DNA of 64,000 nt, from contig CAVXYC010000015.1 of NCBI GenBank assembly GCA_963765765.1, positions 256,001 through 320,000 on the forward strand. Direction: 5' to 3'. The notes under the pieces are model-generated. The model had not been told where the DNA came from, searched no databases, and was given only the letters and a program-made list of their open reading frames with translations. The stretch's first letter is position 1. Each line of letters begins with the position of its first letter. This document shows positions 50,672 through 62,829 of the stretch, piece after piece. Both the position numbers and the translations under genes were made by a program. This DNA comes from an uncultured Chloroflexia bacterium. GTDB taxonomy: Bacteria > Chloroflexota > UBA6077 > JACCZL01.

Positions 50672-51460
50672 GTGGCATCAGATCTGGATCAGGTTAAATA
50701 CGACGTAGCAGTGGCGAACCGAGTGCTCACCGCCGTGGGTCTCGCCAATGGGCCTACGATCTCTCTGGGGCATGTCAGTCAGCGTCTACCCGGCGACCCA
50801 AGCAAGTTCGTAGTCAAGGGGCGTGGATACGAGATCGATTCGCTCCCACGCATGCGCCCTGAGGACATGGTGCTTTGCGACCTGGACGGATACATGTTAG
50901 ACGGGCCGAAGGGCTCTACGCCGTGCTATGAGGTTCAGATCCACGCGGCAATCATGAAGAAGCGGCCGGAGATCAATTCGGTTATCCACGTCCATCCGCA
51001 GTTCACGGTGCTGTTCAGCATTCTGGGGAAGCCCATCGTTCCCATGGCGCAGGGGCAGGCAATCAACATCCTCAAGAAGCAGATCCCAACCATGCGTATG
51101 TACAAGATCATCCAGAGCCAGGAGGAAGGCCAACAGGTGGCGAACACTCTAGGCGACAATGTGGCCATGCTTCTGCTGGGGCACGGAGTCGTTGTCGCTG
51201 GAGCAGCTCCAGATGAAGTGGTGATCGGGGCGCTAGGTCTCGAGGAGCAGGCCAAGATGAACTACTACGCCTATAGCGTGGCGGGGCCGGACTATCCAAC
51301 GATCCCGGAAGACCTGGTTCAAGAGAACTTCTATCGGCAGATCAACTTCGAGGACCTACCTCAGTTCAAAGGCCTCGGTGCCGGCGCACACAGCCAGCGG
51401 CGGAACGCGGTCTTCTCGCATTACGCGGAGATCGTGTCCCGGGATTTGTCAAAGCCCTAG
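50672..51460 (+). CDS. Class II aldolase/adducin-fold protein
   Basis: LGHVSQR, EVQIH, VIHVHP, LGHG. Confidence 0.9.
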   Translation: MASDLDQVKYDVAVANRVLTAVGLANGPTISLGHVSQRLPGDPSKFVVKGRGYEIDSLPRMRPEDMVLCDLDGYMLDGPKGSTPCYEVQIHAAIMKKRPEINSVIHVHPQFTVLFSILGKPIVPMAQGQAINILKKQIPTMRMYKIIQSQEEGQQVANTLGDNVAMLLLGHGVVVAGAAPDEVVIGALGLEEQAKMNYYAYSVAGPDYPTIPEDLVQENFYRQINFEDLPQFKGLGAGAHSQRRNAVFSHYAEIVSRDLSKP

Positions 51461-51464
51461 TAGC

Positions 51465-51540
51465 CAGGCTGACATAAGTCGCGCGTTCAGGCTGACATAA
51501 GTCGCGCCTGTTCGTAGTGCGGAATGAACTCCGCACTACG
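51465..51540. repeat. 20-bp direct repeat pair plus GTAG-type hairpin
   Basis: caggctgacataagtcgcgc at 51465 and 51488; cgtagtgcgga...tccgcactacg at 51513-51540. Confidence 0.85.
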
Positions 51541-51570
51541 GGCTGATCATTGCAGGTCTTCGCTGAGACG

Positions 51571-52404
51571 CTACCTCTTTCCCTGCGGCGCCAGCGCGGC
51601 CTCGCGCTGATGGATCTCTTCCAGGTTGTCGATCAGCGGCCCGAGAACACTCGCCAGATGCGGCGCGATCAAGTAGCGCTGGCGTGGCTCCGGATTCGTC
51701 GCCGCGTCGATCACGGCGTCTGCCACAGGTGACAGGTCCGTGGGACCGTTCTCGATTCTCGCTTTCAAGCCCTCGTAATACTCGCGCGCGGGAGCCTCAT
51801 ACTCGGTCCCTTCCGCAAAGTTCGAGTCCATATTGCCAGCAAACGCTGTCTGAAAGGCGCTGGGCATGACGGAGCTCACGCGAATACCAAATTGCCGCAG
51901 CTCGATGTCCCAGGTGGCCGCGATGCAATCCACGGCGTGCTTGGAGGAGCAATAGGCGCCCAGGTACGGCGTGTTGAGTATTCCGCCGATGGCGTTGGTG
52001 AAAACGATGCGACCGCTGCGCTGCTTGCGCATGTGCGGAAGCACCGCTCGAGTCACCGCCATGGCGCCAAAGACGTTGGTCTCGAAGACTTCGCGCAGTA
52101 CCGCCTCGTCCAGCGTCTCCAACGGACTCACCGCGCCGATTCCGGCATTGTTCACCAGTACGTCGATCCGACCCTCTGAGCTCATCGTTTCATCGACGGC
52201 CCGCTGCACCGAATCTGGCTTGTTCACATCGAGTTGTCTGAGCACGACGTTCTTCAAGCCTTGATCGGCAATCGCCGATTTCAGCGTGTCAGCTCGCTCG
52301 GGATTGCGAGCCGTGGCGACGACGGTATCTCCACGGCGAGCAAACGCGGTCACGAACTCCAGTCCAAAACCGGTGCTGCACCCGGTGATCAATACAACGC
52401 TCAT
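51571..52404 (-). CDS. Short-chain dehydrogenase/reductase
   Basis: TGCSTGFG, NNAG, YCSSK. Confidence 0.95.
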   Translation of the reverse strand: MSVVLITGCSTGFGLEFVTAFARRGDTVVATARNPERADTLKSAIADQGLKNVVLRQLDVNKPDSVQRAVDETMSSEGRIDVLVNNAGIGAVSPLETLDEAVLREVFETNVFGAMAVTRAVLPHMRKQRSGRIVFTNAIGGILNTPYLGAYCSSKHAVDCIAATWDIELRQFGIRVSSVMPSAFQTAFAGNMDSNFAEGTEYEAPAREYYEGLKARIENGPTDLSPVADAVIDAATNPEPRQRYLIAPHLASVLGPLIDNLEEIHQREAALAPQGKR

Positions 52405-52461
52405 GAGTTAGTTCTCCCATCGAATTTACTAGCGCCTGTGTTCGTATGTACTAAACCCGAA

Positions 52462-52558
52462 TCTCCCTGTCATCCTGAGTGCAGCGAAGGATCTCACCCA
52501 CCGGAGTATTGGGCATTGGTGGGTAAGATCCTTCGCTGCACTCAGGATGACAGGGAGA
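52462..52558. repeat. Palindromic TGTCATCCTGAG-type repeat element
   Basis: tctccctgtcatcctgagtgcagcgaaggatct ... agatccttcgctgcactcaggatgacagggaga. Confidence 0.9.
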
Positions 52559-52596
52559 CTGGAGAGTGCAAACGTTCCCCAGTACTAACTTGTCGA

Positions 52597-54185
<1,589 letters not shown>

Positions 54186-54317
54186 GAATCTCCTCCGGTA
54201 CGGCGCAGTCGCACAGTGCAGGACAGCGCCAATCGCTGATTATAGAAGCGGCGCGCCCTGGTGCCGGGACGCGCCGTCTGGTCTCTCCTAGGGCATCTGT
54301 ACCTTGCCGGATTTTGC

Positions 54318-55280
54318 CTACGCGTACACGGGAATAGACCAATCTCCGTATCGCGGATTCTCACCTCGGGCCGCGCGGAAATAGATCTCTTGGAGCATGC
54401 GTGACCTGGGACCAACCAGACCATCACCTACACGTCGGCGATCTACCTCAACCACGGGCGATACCTGCGCACCGGTGCCACACAGAAATAGCTCGTCGCA
54501 TGTATACAGCTCGGTACGGTCGATGCTGCGCTCCACTACGGGAAGGTGCAGCTCGTCGCCGATCAGCGTCATGAGAAGCTGTCTAGTTACACCCTCGAGC
54601 ACATCATCGGTGACTGGTGGCGTGATGAACGCACCGTCCTTGAAGATGAAGAGATTCTCCGCTGAGCCTTCGCTGACATGGCCGTTGGCGGTGAGCATGA
54701 TGGCCTCGTCGAAGCCCGCCTCCAGCGCTTCAGACTTAGCCAGCGCAGAATTTACATACGAACCGGTGACTTTGGCGCGCGCCGGTATGGCCAGGTCAGA
54801 TACTCGTTGCCAGCTACTGGTGATGCAGCGGATGCCGTTGTCCACGGCGATGTACTCGCCCATTGGAGCGGAATAGATCATGAAGCTCACTTCGACATCG
54901 TGCAGACGCACGCCGATCTCTTCGCTCGAAGCAAAGAGCAGCGGTCGCACATAGACATCCGTTTTGTATTCGTTTCGACGCAGAATCTCGAGCGTCCACT
55001 CCACCAGCTCGGTCGTCTGGTACGGAAGCTCCATGCGCAGCACCCGACCCGACTTCCGAAGTCGATCGTAGTGAATCGCCGGGTGGAGCAAGTAGAGTTG
55101 AGCGCGATCCGCATTCCAGTACGCTCGGATACCCTCAAAGCAGCCCGTGCCGTAGTGCAGCGCGTGCGTCATGGGCGGGATGTGCACATCCTCGTAGCGT
55201 ACGAGCTCTCCATTGAAAAAGACCCATGTGTTGGGATGCTGCTGTCTCGTCCTGCTACTGCCCACCGTCGTAGTTTGCAC
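54318..55280 (-). CDS. ilvE: Branched-chain amino acid aminotransferase
   Basis: HALHYGTGCFEGIR, YVRP, AKVTGSY, EGSAEN, LEGVTR, GTGAQV. Confidence 0.95.
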   Translation of the reverse strand: MQTTTVGSSRTRQQHPNTWVFFNGELVRYEDVHIPPMTHALHYGTGCFEGIRAYWNADRAQLYLLHPAIHYDRLRKSGRVLRMELPYQTTELVEWTLEILRRNEYKTDVYVRPLLFASSEEIGVRLHDVEVSFMIYSAPMGEYIAVDNGIRCITSSWQRVSDLAIPARAKVTGSYVNSALAKSEALEAGFDEAIMLTANGHVSEGSAENLFIFKDGAFITPPVTDDVLEGVTRQLLMTLIGDELHLPVVERSIDRTELYTCDELFLCGTGAQVSPVVEVDRRRVGDGLVGPRSRMLQEIYFRAARGENPRYGDWSIPVYA

Positions 55281-55414
55281 TCGCCGCTCCCTTGACGTTT
55301 TGTCAACGAAAGAATGACGGGTCCCGGACCTGAATAGCAAGGTGATTGAATATCGGCCCAACAATCAGCTTGGGTCGGTTCCCTAACGAGAACGGTGAGC
55401 AGCGGGGGCCTGAC

Positions 55415-55732
55415 ATGGCTTCTGCTTCGGCACAGGTAATCCGTTGTTGCACGGAGCCTTGTGCCCTGTGTCTGGAGCGCAGTAGTTTCGATGTACGGAG
55501 CTCAGTCACGGCTTCCTATGTCGAGGCGCTCCAAGCACAGGGCACAAGGCTCCGTGCTATTGATCTAGAGTCGGTCCGTGCCGACCTCGATCATGGCTTC
55601 GACACCCGCCTGAACGACAGGCGCGTGGATCAGAGTGCCGAACAATCGGAAGAGCGTGGTTCTCCTGATGCTGCCACTATGGCCGAGCAGGAAAACCAGC
55701 TCTCCCGCCTGCCCCAAGGGTCAGTGCGCTAA
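55415..55732 (+). CDS. Hypothetical small protein with Cys cluster
   Basis: CCTEPCALC; fills the gap divergent from ilvE. Confidence 0.5.
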   Translation: MASASAQVIRCCTEPCALCLERSSFDVRSSVTASYVEALQAQGTRLRAIDLESVRADLDHGFDTRLNDRRVDQSAEQSEERGSPDAATMAEQENQLSRLPQGSVR

Positions 55733-55792
55733 GCCTGCCCGCGATGGGGATATGACTCGCTCAGCCCTCGCCTTTCGGTCGTGATCTGAGCT

Positions 55793-56677
55793 TCAGCGGA
55801 GAAGTCCAACGCGGCGAGCTTCTTGGCGGGTCTCGTCATAATCTGACGCCGTGACCCGGGCGTAGGACTCGGCTCTCATCAAGCGCAGAAGCTCTGCGTC
55901 GGTGATCGCTTCGAACGCAGAGGTCACCTCCTCCACGAACTCCGGTGAAAATGCGGAGCGGATGCACCATGGATAACCCTGAACCAGGTTCTGCTCGATG
56001 ATGCGAATCTGGCTGCCATCCACGGTTCCAGCGTCGATCAGGCGCTGCATGACACGCTTCTCCACGCCACCGGCATCCACTGTGCCGTTGAACACTGCCA
56101 GAGTCGTGGCATCATGGCCGCCTGTGTAGACGAATAATCCGGGATTGGTGAAATCGCCAATCCCTGCCCGATCAAGCATGATGCGGGGGTAGAGCGAGCC
56201 CGATGTGGAGCCGATGTCCCCAAAGGCGAACTTCCTGCCCGCGATATCCGCGGCTGTCTGTATGTCGCTGTCATCGCGCGTAATGAGCGCGCTGTAGTAC
56301 TTCACTGTGCTCGTCTCACGATCGATCTCAGTGACGATGGGCTGTAGCTGCGCCCGCTGCTCGGCCTGCACATACGTCAGGCCCCCGAAGTAGGCTAGAT
56401 CGATCTTGTCCGAGGCCATTGCTTCAACGACGCCCGCGTAGTCAGTCGCGACGAATAGCTCGACCCCAATACCTAACGTATCGCCCAGATACGCTCCAAA
56501 GGGCTGGTATAGGGCTCGCTGCCGGTCGGGAGCGATGTTGGGAATGAGCCCCACTCGGAACGTCGTGGGCCGCCCCTGGGCGGTTGGCGCGGCCAGAGCG
56601 GCTCGCGTTGAGGGCACCATGGCCAGGGCGCCTAGAGCAAGTCCCGATTTGACGAAGGTTCGACGAGTTAACGACAC
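55793..56677 (-). CDS. PhnD/PtxB-class substrate-binding protein, Tat signal
   Basis: TRRTFV, DYAGVVEAM, DLAYFGGLTYV, FGDIGSTSG, GGHDA. Confidence 0.9.
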   Translation of the reverse strand: MSLTRRTFVKSGLALGALAMVPSTRAALAAPTAQGRPTTFRVGLIPNIAPDRQRALYQPFGAYLGDTLGIGVELFVATDYAGVVEAMASDKIDLAYFGGLTYVQAEQRAQLQPIVTEIDRETSTVKYYSALITRDDSDIQTAADIAGRKFAFGDIGSTSGSLYPRIMLDRAGIGDFTNPGLFVYTGGHDATTLAVFNGTVDAGGVEKRVMQRLIDAGTVDGSQIRIIEQNLVQGYPWCIRSAFSPEFVEEVTSAFEAITDAELLRLMRAESYARVTASDYDETRQEARRVGLLR

Positions 56678-57123
56678 AGCGTGCTCCTTGAAAGCAGAAT
56701 TCTTCTCGTCTCGCCAAAAAGCGAGAAGCGCCCGAAGGAGCGCAAGTGTCAGTAAATGGCGCTCATCGGGGCGGGAGATATGGCGAACACAGTCAGCGCA
56801 GTACCTGCGCGGAGCCGCCAGGGCAGCGTGACCGGACAGGTTTTACCATAGCGACGGGTGGCCATAGCTTCCTCCCTTCCTAAGATTGATTGACCAACGC
56901 AGCCGCACCATGATGTCATGGCCCATTCAACCGAGCACGGCGCCCGACACGCGAATTTCTGGGCTCGACACGGCCCCCGCTGGGACCGCCGACATCCTGT
57001 GACGGCCGCCAGCGGACACTACTAGGGCACGGGAGTCAGAGCTGTCTGCGGACGGCCCTTGCCGGCCGACGGATGTCGGCGGTCCCAGTTACGGTCGGAC
57101 CGTCCGCTGTCTAGTTAAGCAAT

Positions 57124-57681
57124 CTATGCTCGTCCCTGGGAGTGTCCATCTCCCGCCGGCTGTCCCCGCAGCCGCTCGGTCAGGATGCGACCGGCCTCAT
57201 CGGCGATGTCTTCTCCGGATGGCGCCGCCATACGGCGCATTACGTTGATGGTAGCTTCGGATGGCTCTTCGATCTGGGCGGTGCAATGGGCGCAGCGTCG
57301 CGCATTCTGGGGAATCTTGCTGAGGCACTCAGGACATTCCTTAGTCGGTGCGGGCTGGGGCTCGGATCGATATCGGTCCATGAGCTTACTCACGGGGAGC
57401 ACCACGAGGAAATAGATAACCAAGGCAATGATCAAGAATGAGAGAAGAGCGTTCAGGAAGTCTCCGATTAATAGGCGGGCCCGCCCCACGTTCACCGTCC
57501 AGGTAGAGAAGTCTGGCACACCGCCAGACGAGCCAAGAAGCGGTGTGATGATGTCTTTCACCAGCGCTTGCACGACAGCCCCAAACGCGGCGCCAATGAC
57601 CACAGCGACGGCCAGGTCCACAACGTTGCCGCGCAGCAGAAACTTCTTAAATCCGCCAAGCTCGCCCGTCATAGTGCGCAT
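57124..57681 (-). CDS. mscL: Large-conductance mechanosensitive channel with Cys4 tail
   Basis: FKKFLLRGNVVDLAVAVVIGAAFG; CPEC-x10-CAHC. Confidence 0.95.
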   Translation of the reverse strand: MRTMTGELGGFKKFLLRGNVVDLAVAVVIGAAFGAVVQALVKDIITPLLGSSGGVPDFSTWTVNVGRARLLIGDFLNALLSFLIIALVIYFLVVLPVSKLMDRYRSEPQPAPTKECPECLSKIPQNARRCAHCTAQIEEPSEATINVMRRMAAPSGEDIADEAGRILTERLRGQPAGDGHSQGRA

Positions 57682-58079
57682 CTCTAACCTCCTTACTCCG
57701 GGAACGAATCGCGGAAGCAGAAGCATGCTCTATGCCAGCGAGCAATGGACCGACGGTGACCGCTTAATCAAGGATTGAGAAACAATGACGTGCGCCTGGG
57801 CCCGCGAGCACTCCGCGAACACCATAACTCCGCGAACCCGTTCGGCATGGTGTCCTTAGAAGCGTCATGCGGCTCGAGCGTACAACACGCCATCAACACC
57901 GGGGCTGTTGCCGTCTCCACCAGTGGGCCGCGGTAGGGCGGGACTCGCGGGCACGGAATCCCGCCCTGCCGCGGCCCGGATCCGGACGCCGTCGTCCCCG
58001 GCAGTCCGAGGGAGCCCATGCCCCAGCCGGCGATTAATCCGGGCAAGGCTTCACGCGTTAAGAGGCAATTCGTGAAGAC

Positions 58080-58112
58080 AAAATCGGCGGCCTTTTGAGG
58101 ACCGCCGATTTT
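58080..58112. terminator. Intrinsic terminator after hsp20
   Basis: aaaatcggcgg...ccgccgatttt. Confidence 0.8.
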
Positions 58113-58136
58113 CGCTATTGTTTGTTGCTACCGCGA

Positions 58137-58643
58137 CTAGCTTGCGCTGCCGACTGCTTTGTTGTTTTCGGTTTGCGACTTGCTATGGCCATTGCTCAGG
58201 GCGGTGGCACCGCCGGTGCTTACCTGGATGCGTCGCGGCTTGGCCTCCTCAGCCTTCGGAAAAACCATGCGGAGGATACCGTGCTGGTAGCTCGCCTCCG
58301 TCGGATCCGCCGTGTAGCTGGTTGGCAACTGCAAACTGCGAGTGAACCGCCCAGTTTGGTGCTCACGTAACAGGTAGTGGCGGTTGGATGCCCCCTGATC
58401 TGCCTCCGTCTGACCCCGAATCGTGAGGACGCCCCGCTCGACCTGGACATCGATCGCCTCCGGATTGATGCCAGGTACGTAGGCTTCTACTACCAGCGCG
58501 TCGTCGCTCTCGTAGACATCGATCGCGGGCCCAGCCCAACCTTCACTGCCACCACTCCGAGGCACGACAAACGCGTCCTCAAACATGCGGTCCATCATGT
58601 GACGCAGGCTCATCGCCTGTCCGACGCTCGAGCGATCGATCAT
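58137..58643 (-). CDS. Hsp20/alpha-crystallin small heat-shock protein
   Basis: IDVYE, VPGI, GRFTRSLQLP, ASYQHGIL, PKAEEAKPRRI. Confidence 0.95.
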   Translation of the reverse strand: MIDRSSVGQAMSLRHMMDRMFEDAFVVPRSGGSEGWAGPAIDVYESDDALVVEAYVPGINPEAIDVQVERGVLTIRGQTEADQGASNRHYLLREHQTGRFTRSLQLPTSYTADPTEASYQHGILRMVFPKAEEAKPRRIQVSTGGATALSNGHSKSQTENNKAVGSAS

Positions 58644-58819
58644 GACTCTGCTCCCTAGTCAGTGATTTGGCAAGCCTTTGAAACATTGATCCCGCTCGCC
58701 ACAACCAAAGGATAAGAGCGCAATTGTCAGAGAGTCATAAGAGCAACATCAAACGTTTGTCAGCAATATCGTCTTACTCCACAAGCTCCCAATGATCGGA
58801 ATTCCGGCTCTGCATGAAC

Positions 58820-60127
58820 TCAATCCGAAGAGGCTGAGACCAGCCCAAGACCGCTCTCGATCGCGTCTTTGACCGCAGTTGCCACCGCACGGTGCCCTGA
58901 GGGGCTCAGGTGGCCGTCGCGCGTTTCTGAGTACGGTAGGACTCCATTGGCGGCGAGTGCCTGTAGAGCGGGAAGTGAGTCGATCACTGGAATGCCTTCA
59001 GCGTCAAAGCGATCGCGCAGCGCTTCACGCACGCGCACTTCGGCGGCGGCCTGGTACGCAACGTCCAACGGTAACCGGTCCTGCTCAGCGGCAACGGCAT
59101 CTGCCAGGGCTAGCTCTTTTGTCGGGATGAGCAAAATAGCGAACTCAGCGCCATTCGCATGGGCGCGCTGACGCATCTGACTCAGCGCCTCAACGGTAAT
59201 TCGCATTCCCTCAACTATGCGGGGATCCTCCAGTTCTACGGCAGGTAATCGGTAGCTCGGCGTGAGAACGGTGCTGAAGTAGGCCCCGCGGAAGCGAACG
59301 AAGTCGTCATCCTTAAGGGGGTCATTCTCGTCGTTCGCTTCCGGCCGTTCGGGATGACGGCGATAGTAGTTGTAGGCTCGTCCCGCGGCATGCCAGAGGC
59401 CATAGAGCTTCGAGTGATCCCGCAGTACGCCTTCGAGCGGTTCAGGCGGCTCGTCGCGAGCATCTTCATCCTGACGATCGATGGGGCTCTGGTCCGCAAT
59501 TGGCAGATCGTCCCACGGTTCAGCATCGGCCGCATCAGCCACGGCCTGCCGCGTCTTCTCGTCGGAGGATTTGAACTGCTCGAGACGGTCGCGATTGTAC
59601 ACAAAGGTGAACGAGTCCACGAGGTCGTTTCCCAGATAGAGGGCCTCCACAATGAGCCGCGGCTTAAGCCGCAGCGCCTCGTCGAGTACGAGGAAGCTCT
59701 GCAATGGCCCCCAACCTGGAAACGCCATGTTGTAGCTCGGTCCCAGACCCATATCGCCGAGTGCATGCGGCCAGGTGTCCGACGGACGCACGTTGGATCC
59801 GTACGTCTGTGAATCGCCCAGCGCCACCACCTGCGCCTCCGATGGAATCGTCGCGTTCCGAAAGCCGAGTCGGTCGTGCTCGGGGTACTCAGGATTCCCG
59901 CGCCAGCTCAGCGCACGATCTGCGACAAAGCCCCGCACTGGCGTCACGGACAGCGCCGCGGCGACTGATCGTGATGATGCTGCTAGAACCTGAAGGATTC
60001 CTTCGGCAGCAACGAGAGATCCCAAGACTATGACGAAAGGGAGTAGGAATTTCTTCAAGAGTCGGCCAGAAGCACGATTCCGCAACGCCGAGTGTATTCG
60101 ACCCCGTGCGAGATCGTCACGCCCCAA
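58820..60127 (-). CDS. Membrane-anchored SGNH-hydrolase-like protein
   Basis: AEGILQ, LGFR, ALGDSQTYG, YLGND, DGHLSPSGH; start uncertain. Confidence 0.85.
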   Translation of the reverse strand: MGRDDLARGRIHSALRNRASGRLLKKFLLPFVIVLGSLVAAEGILQVLAASSRSVAAALSVTPVRGFVADRALSWRGNPEYPEHDRLGFRNATIPSEAQVVALGDSQTYGSNVRPSDTWPHALGDMGLGPSYNMAFPGWGPLQSFLVLDEALRLKPRLIVEALYLGNDLVDSFTFVYNRDRLEQFKSSDEKTRQAVADAADAEPWDDLPIADQSPIDRQDEDARDEPPEPLEGVLRDHSKLYGLWHAAGRAYNYYRRHPERPEANDENDPLKDDDFVRFRGAYFSTVLTPSYRLPAVELEDPRIVEGMRITVEALSQMRQRAHANGAEFAILLIPTKELALADAVAAEQDRLPLDVAYQAAAEVRVREALRDRFDAEGIPVIDSLPALQALAANGVLPYSETRDGHLSPSGHRAVATAVKDAIESGLGLVSASSD

Positions 60128-60169
60128 GGTGGCATTTGCACGGCGCGTTCCCCTCAGGGCCTTTTCAGA

Positions 60170-62177
60170 CTAGGGACCTCGAGACAGGATGACGAATCCG
60201 TTAGGCGGCAGCGTCATGCGCGCGGCGTGCGGATAACCGAATTGCCCTACTCTATCGGCCATCACTCGACCGCCATTACCGGCAACGTGCTGGTTCGGGA
60301 AGTGGTCGTAGAAGTCACTGTTGAAGATCTCATACCACGTTCCTGGGTGCGGCAGGTCTACGAGATAACCCTCTTGCACGTGCTCGTTGAGACTGGCAAC
60401 GACGGCGACATCGCTCCCCTGGCCTTCAACCCAACGGTGCATTGCAATCACTCGATCGTCATTGTGAACCTGAGAGACGCGTACGCCATCGCCGTGCAGC
60501 GCTGGACGAGTCCGCCGTAGCCAGAGCAGATCCTGCATGAAGCGACGATAGTCACTCATCGCTGAATCTAGATTCAGCCCATCCCACCAGATGAGAAATT
60601 GAGCCCAATGCTCGTAGTCGTCTGACCAGGGCTTGTCTTCCAGGAACTCCTGGCCCATGAATAGCATTGGAATGCCGGGTGCGGTCAACAAGAGGCCCGC
60701 GGCCACACGCGAGCGGCTTCGCGCAAACCACGACCGATGATCCGACGAGTCCGCCAGCGCGGGAATTCGCGGCATGTCCGGCGCATTCTTTTCATACCGC
60801 CAGCGAACCACGTCGTGATTTTCCAGGCCCTGCACAGCCGACCAGCGCGAGGGGAAACCCGGCGGCCCGTAGAGCGTATCGCGCACCGCGTCCAGGTTTA
60901 CGGGCGCGTGGGCCCCGCCCGCTGCTTGACGAATCGCCCCACGGATCGATCCGCGGAGTCCATCACTGAGCGCCGCGTCGAACCCTAACCCTTGCGGCGC
61001 CGCCGTCACGGCATATGCGCGATCCCAATTCCAGTATTCCGCGATCTGGATCACATTGGGCCTATGGTGGCGCAACGTACTCGCGATATCTCGACAGAAG
61101 CGATCACCCCCGTGATCCACGGCGACGCTAATCTCGTCGTATCGGAGTCCGTCGATTCGGTACTCGTCAAGAAAGAAGCGTCCATTGTCGATGAGAAGCT
61201 GCCCGGACGGAGGACTGCCAGTAGGCGAAGATGCTGCCGCCGGCCCAGCCTTGATCCGTGAAGTACAGGCTATTGTTGTGATTACCGTTCGGCTGCCGGT
61301 CGTAGAACCAGAGGCTACGATCTCCGAAATCGCCGCCAGCATGGTTGTAAACCACGTCGAAGATGACCGCGATGCCATTCAGGTGACAGAGGTCCACGAT
61401 GCATTTGAGCTGATTTGGTCCAGGGGCAAGCTCCTCGAGGGTCAGCAGCGGCTTTTCGTGCTTGGCGAGCATGGCGTTGACCGGGAGCACATAGCGCTCG
61501 ACCTCGGCGGCGTCATCGACCTGGTATTCGGTCTCCGGCGAGAAATAGTCCACGCCGTTGTAGCCGAGGCTGAACTGCGTGGGGAACTCCTGGATTGGTA
61601 GGAGCTGGACCGCGTTGATCCCCAGATCACGTAGATAGTCGATCCGATCGACCAGGTCGAGGAATTTGCCGTAGTCCCTAGCGCGACGGTCCTTCCCTTC
61701 AGCGTCCAGAGCCCAATACGCCCCCAGATGGAGCTGATAGATCACAAGCTCATGGAATGCCGGCGGACGCCATTCTGTCGCACGCCACGCATACGTATTC
61801 GGGTCGCGCACCAGGCAATGGCAATTGGGAAACTCAGTAGCGTTACACAGCTCGCGCGCATAAGGGTCGCGCTTGAATCCCGTGATTCCCGTCGGTCCGC
61901 GCACCCAGAACAGATATTCGTCGCCGTCTCGAATGCCCGGCACAAATCCCGCCCAGGTGCCGTCGTCTGATTTGATGAGTCGATCGCCCTCAGACGGCTG
62001 CCAACCTTGGTCATCGCTGCCGGAAAGCTGATCGGTGACCACATAGACGTCGAGCGCATGCGGCGCCCACGTACGAAATGTCGCCCCGTCATCCATCAAT
62101 GTCGCGCCCATAGCTGTCGCCGCAGTGAGATGTGTGTCCTGAACTGGCACTGAATTCACCCGCCTAATCGAGTACAT
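60170..62177 (-). CDS. GH13 CBM48 branching-enzyme/trehalohydrolase-like protein (frameshift near 61200)
   Basis: FRTWAP, DPYAR, DVVYNH, DGLRYD, IAEYW, ENHD, PMLFMGQEF. Confidence 0.9.
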
Positions 62178-62210
62178 GACCAGCCGCGCTCGGGGACGGC
62201 AGCCGTCGCA

Positions 62211-62720
62211 TCACCTCATCTTCGCCCCATCGGCGGTGGCGCTGGATTCCCTCACGTCGTCCTGCAGCGGGGCTGCGAGCACCCCCAAGCGCGCATTCGG
62301 GATCAGGCCGATCGTGTACGTGACGTGGCTCGCCTCACACCAGGCGAACAGGCGCGGAATGGCGAACCCGGCATCCGCACGCAGCTCGACGGGCACCCCG
62401 GGCCACGTCCGACGGATCTGTCGGAGCAGCCGTCGCAGCACCAGAACGGCAAATCGGCTCGCGTGCACCGTGCCGGGTCGCAGGATCGCCGTGATCAAGT
62501 GCCCGGTGTCCCCGTCGAACAGCAGCAGCGGGTGGTACATGTATTGGCGGTAGAACCCGTGGTAGGCCACCCCTTCCTGTTCCCCGTGGACCGGATCGTC
62601 GGTACCGTCGATGTCGATCAGGATCCGCCGCGGCGCGCCCCGGTGGCTGCGAGCGGCCGGATAGATGCGGACCAAGGCCGCGGCCATCGCTTCGATGCTG
62701 TGGCGATCGGAGGCGCGCTC
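62211..62720 (-). mobile_element. IS1380-family transposase internal fragment
   Basis: IDIDGTDDPVHGEQEG..YHGFY..YMYHPL, LRPG, RADAGF; both ends missing. Confidence 0.88.
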
Positions 62721-62829
62721 CTAGCTGAGCGGCCCTTGGCGATTCATTGGTGCGGATCACACGTGAAGTACTCGGTGGGACGGGCAGAGACGCCTGTCCC
62801 ACCGGCGACGTTCTCAGAGTATTGACAGA

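Noticed and set aside
19908-51507. 20-bp direct repeat pairs (19908 and 51465) as CRISPR arrays
   Set aside because: Only two copies each, 1-3 nt spacers, and no cas genes
57768-58046. GC-rich 92-aa ORF between mscL and hsp20
   Set aside because: No RBS or motif and low-complexity composition; cannot support it as a gene or IS end
58712-58744. ATAAGAGC repeat upstream of hsp20 as a CIRCE or HAIR operator
   Set aside because: Does not match TTAGCACTC-N9-GAGTGCTAA or CTTGAGT-N7-ACTCAAG; too short to support
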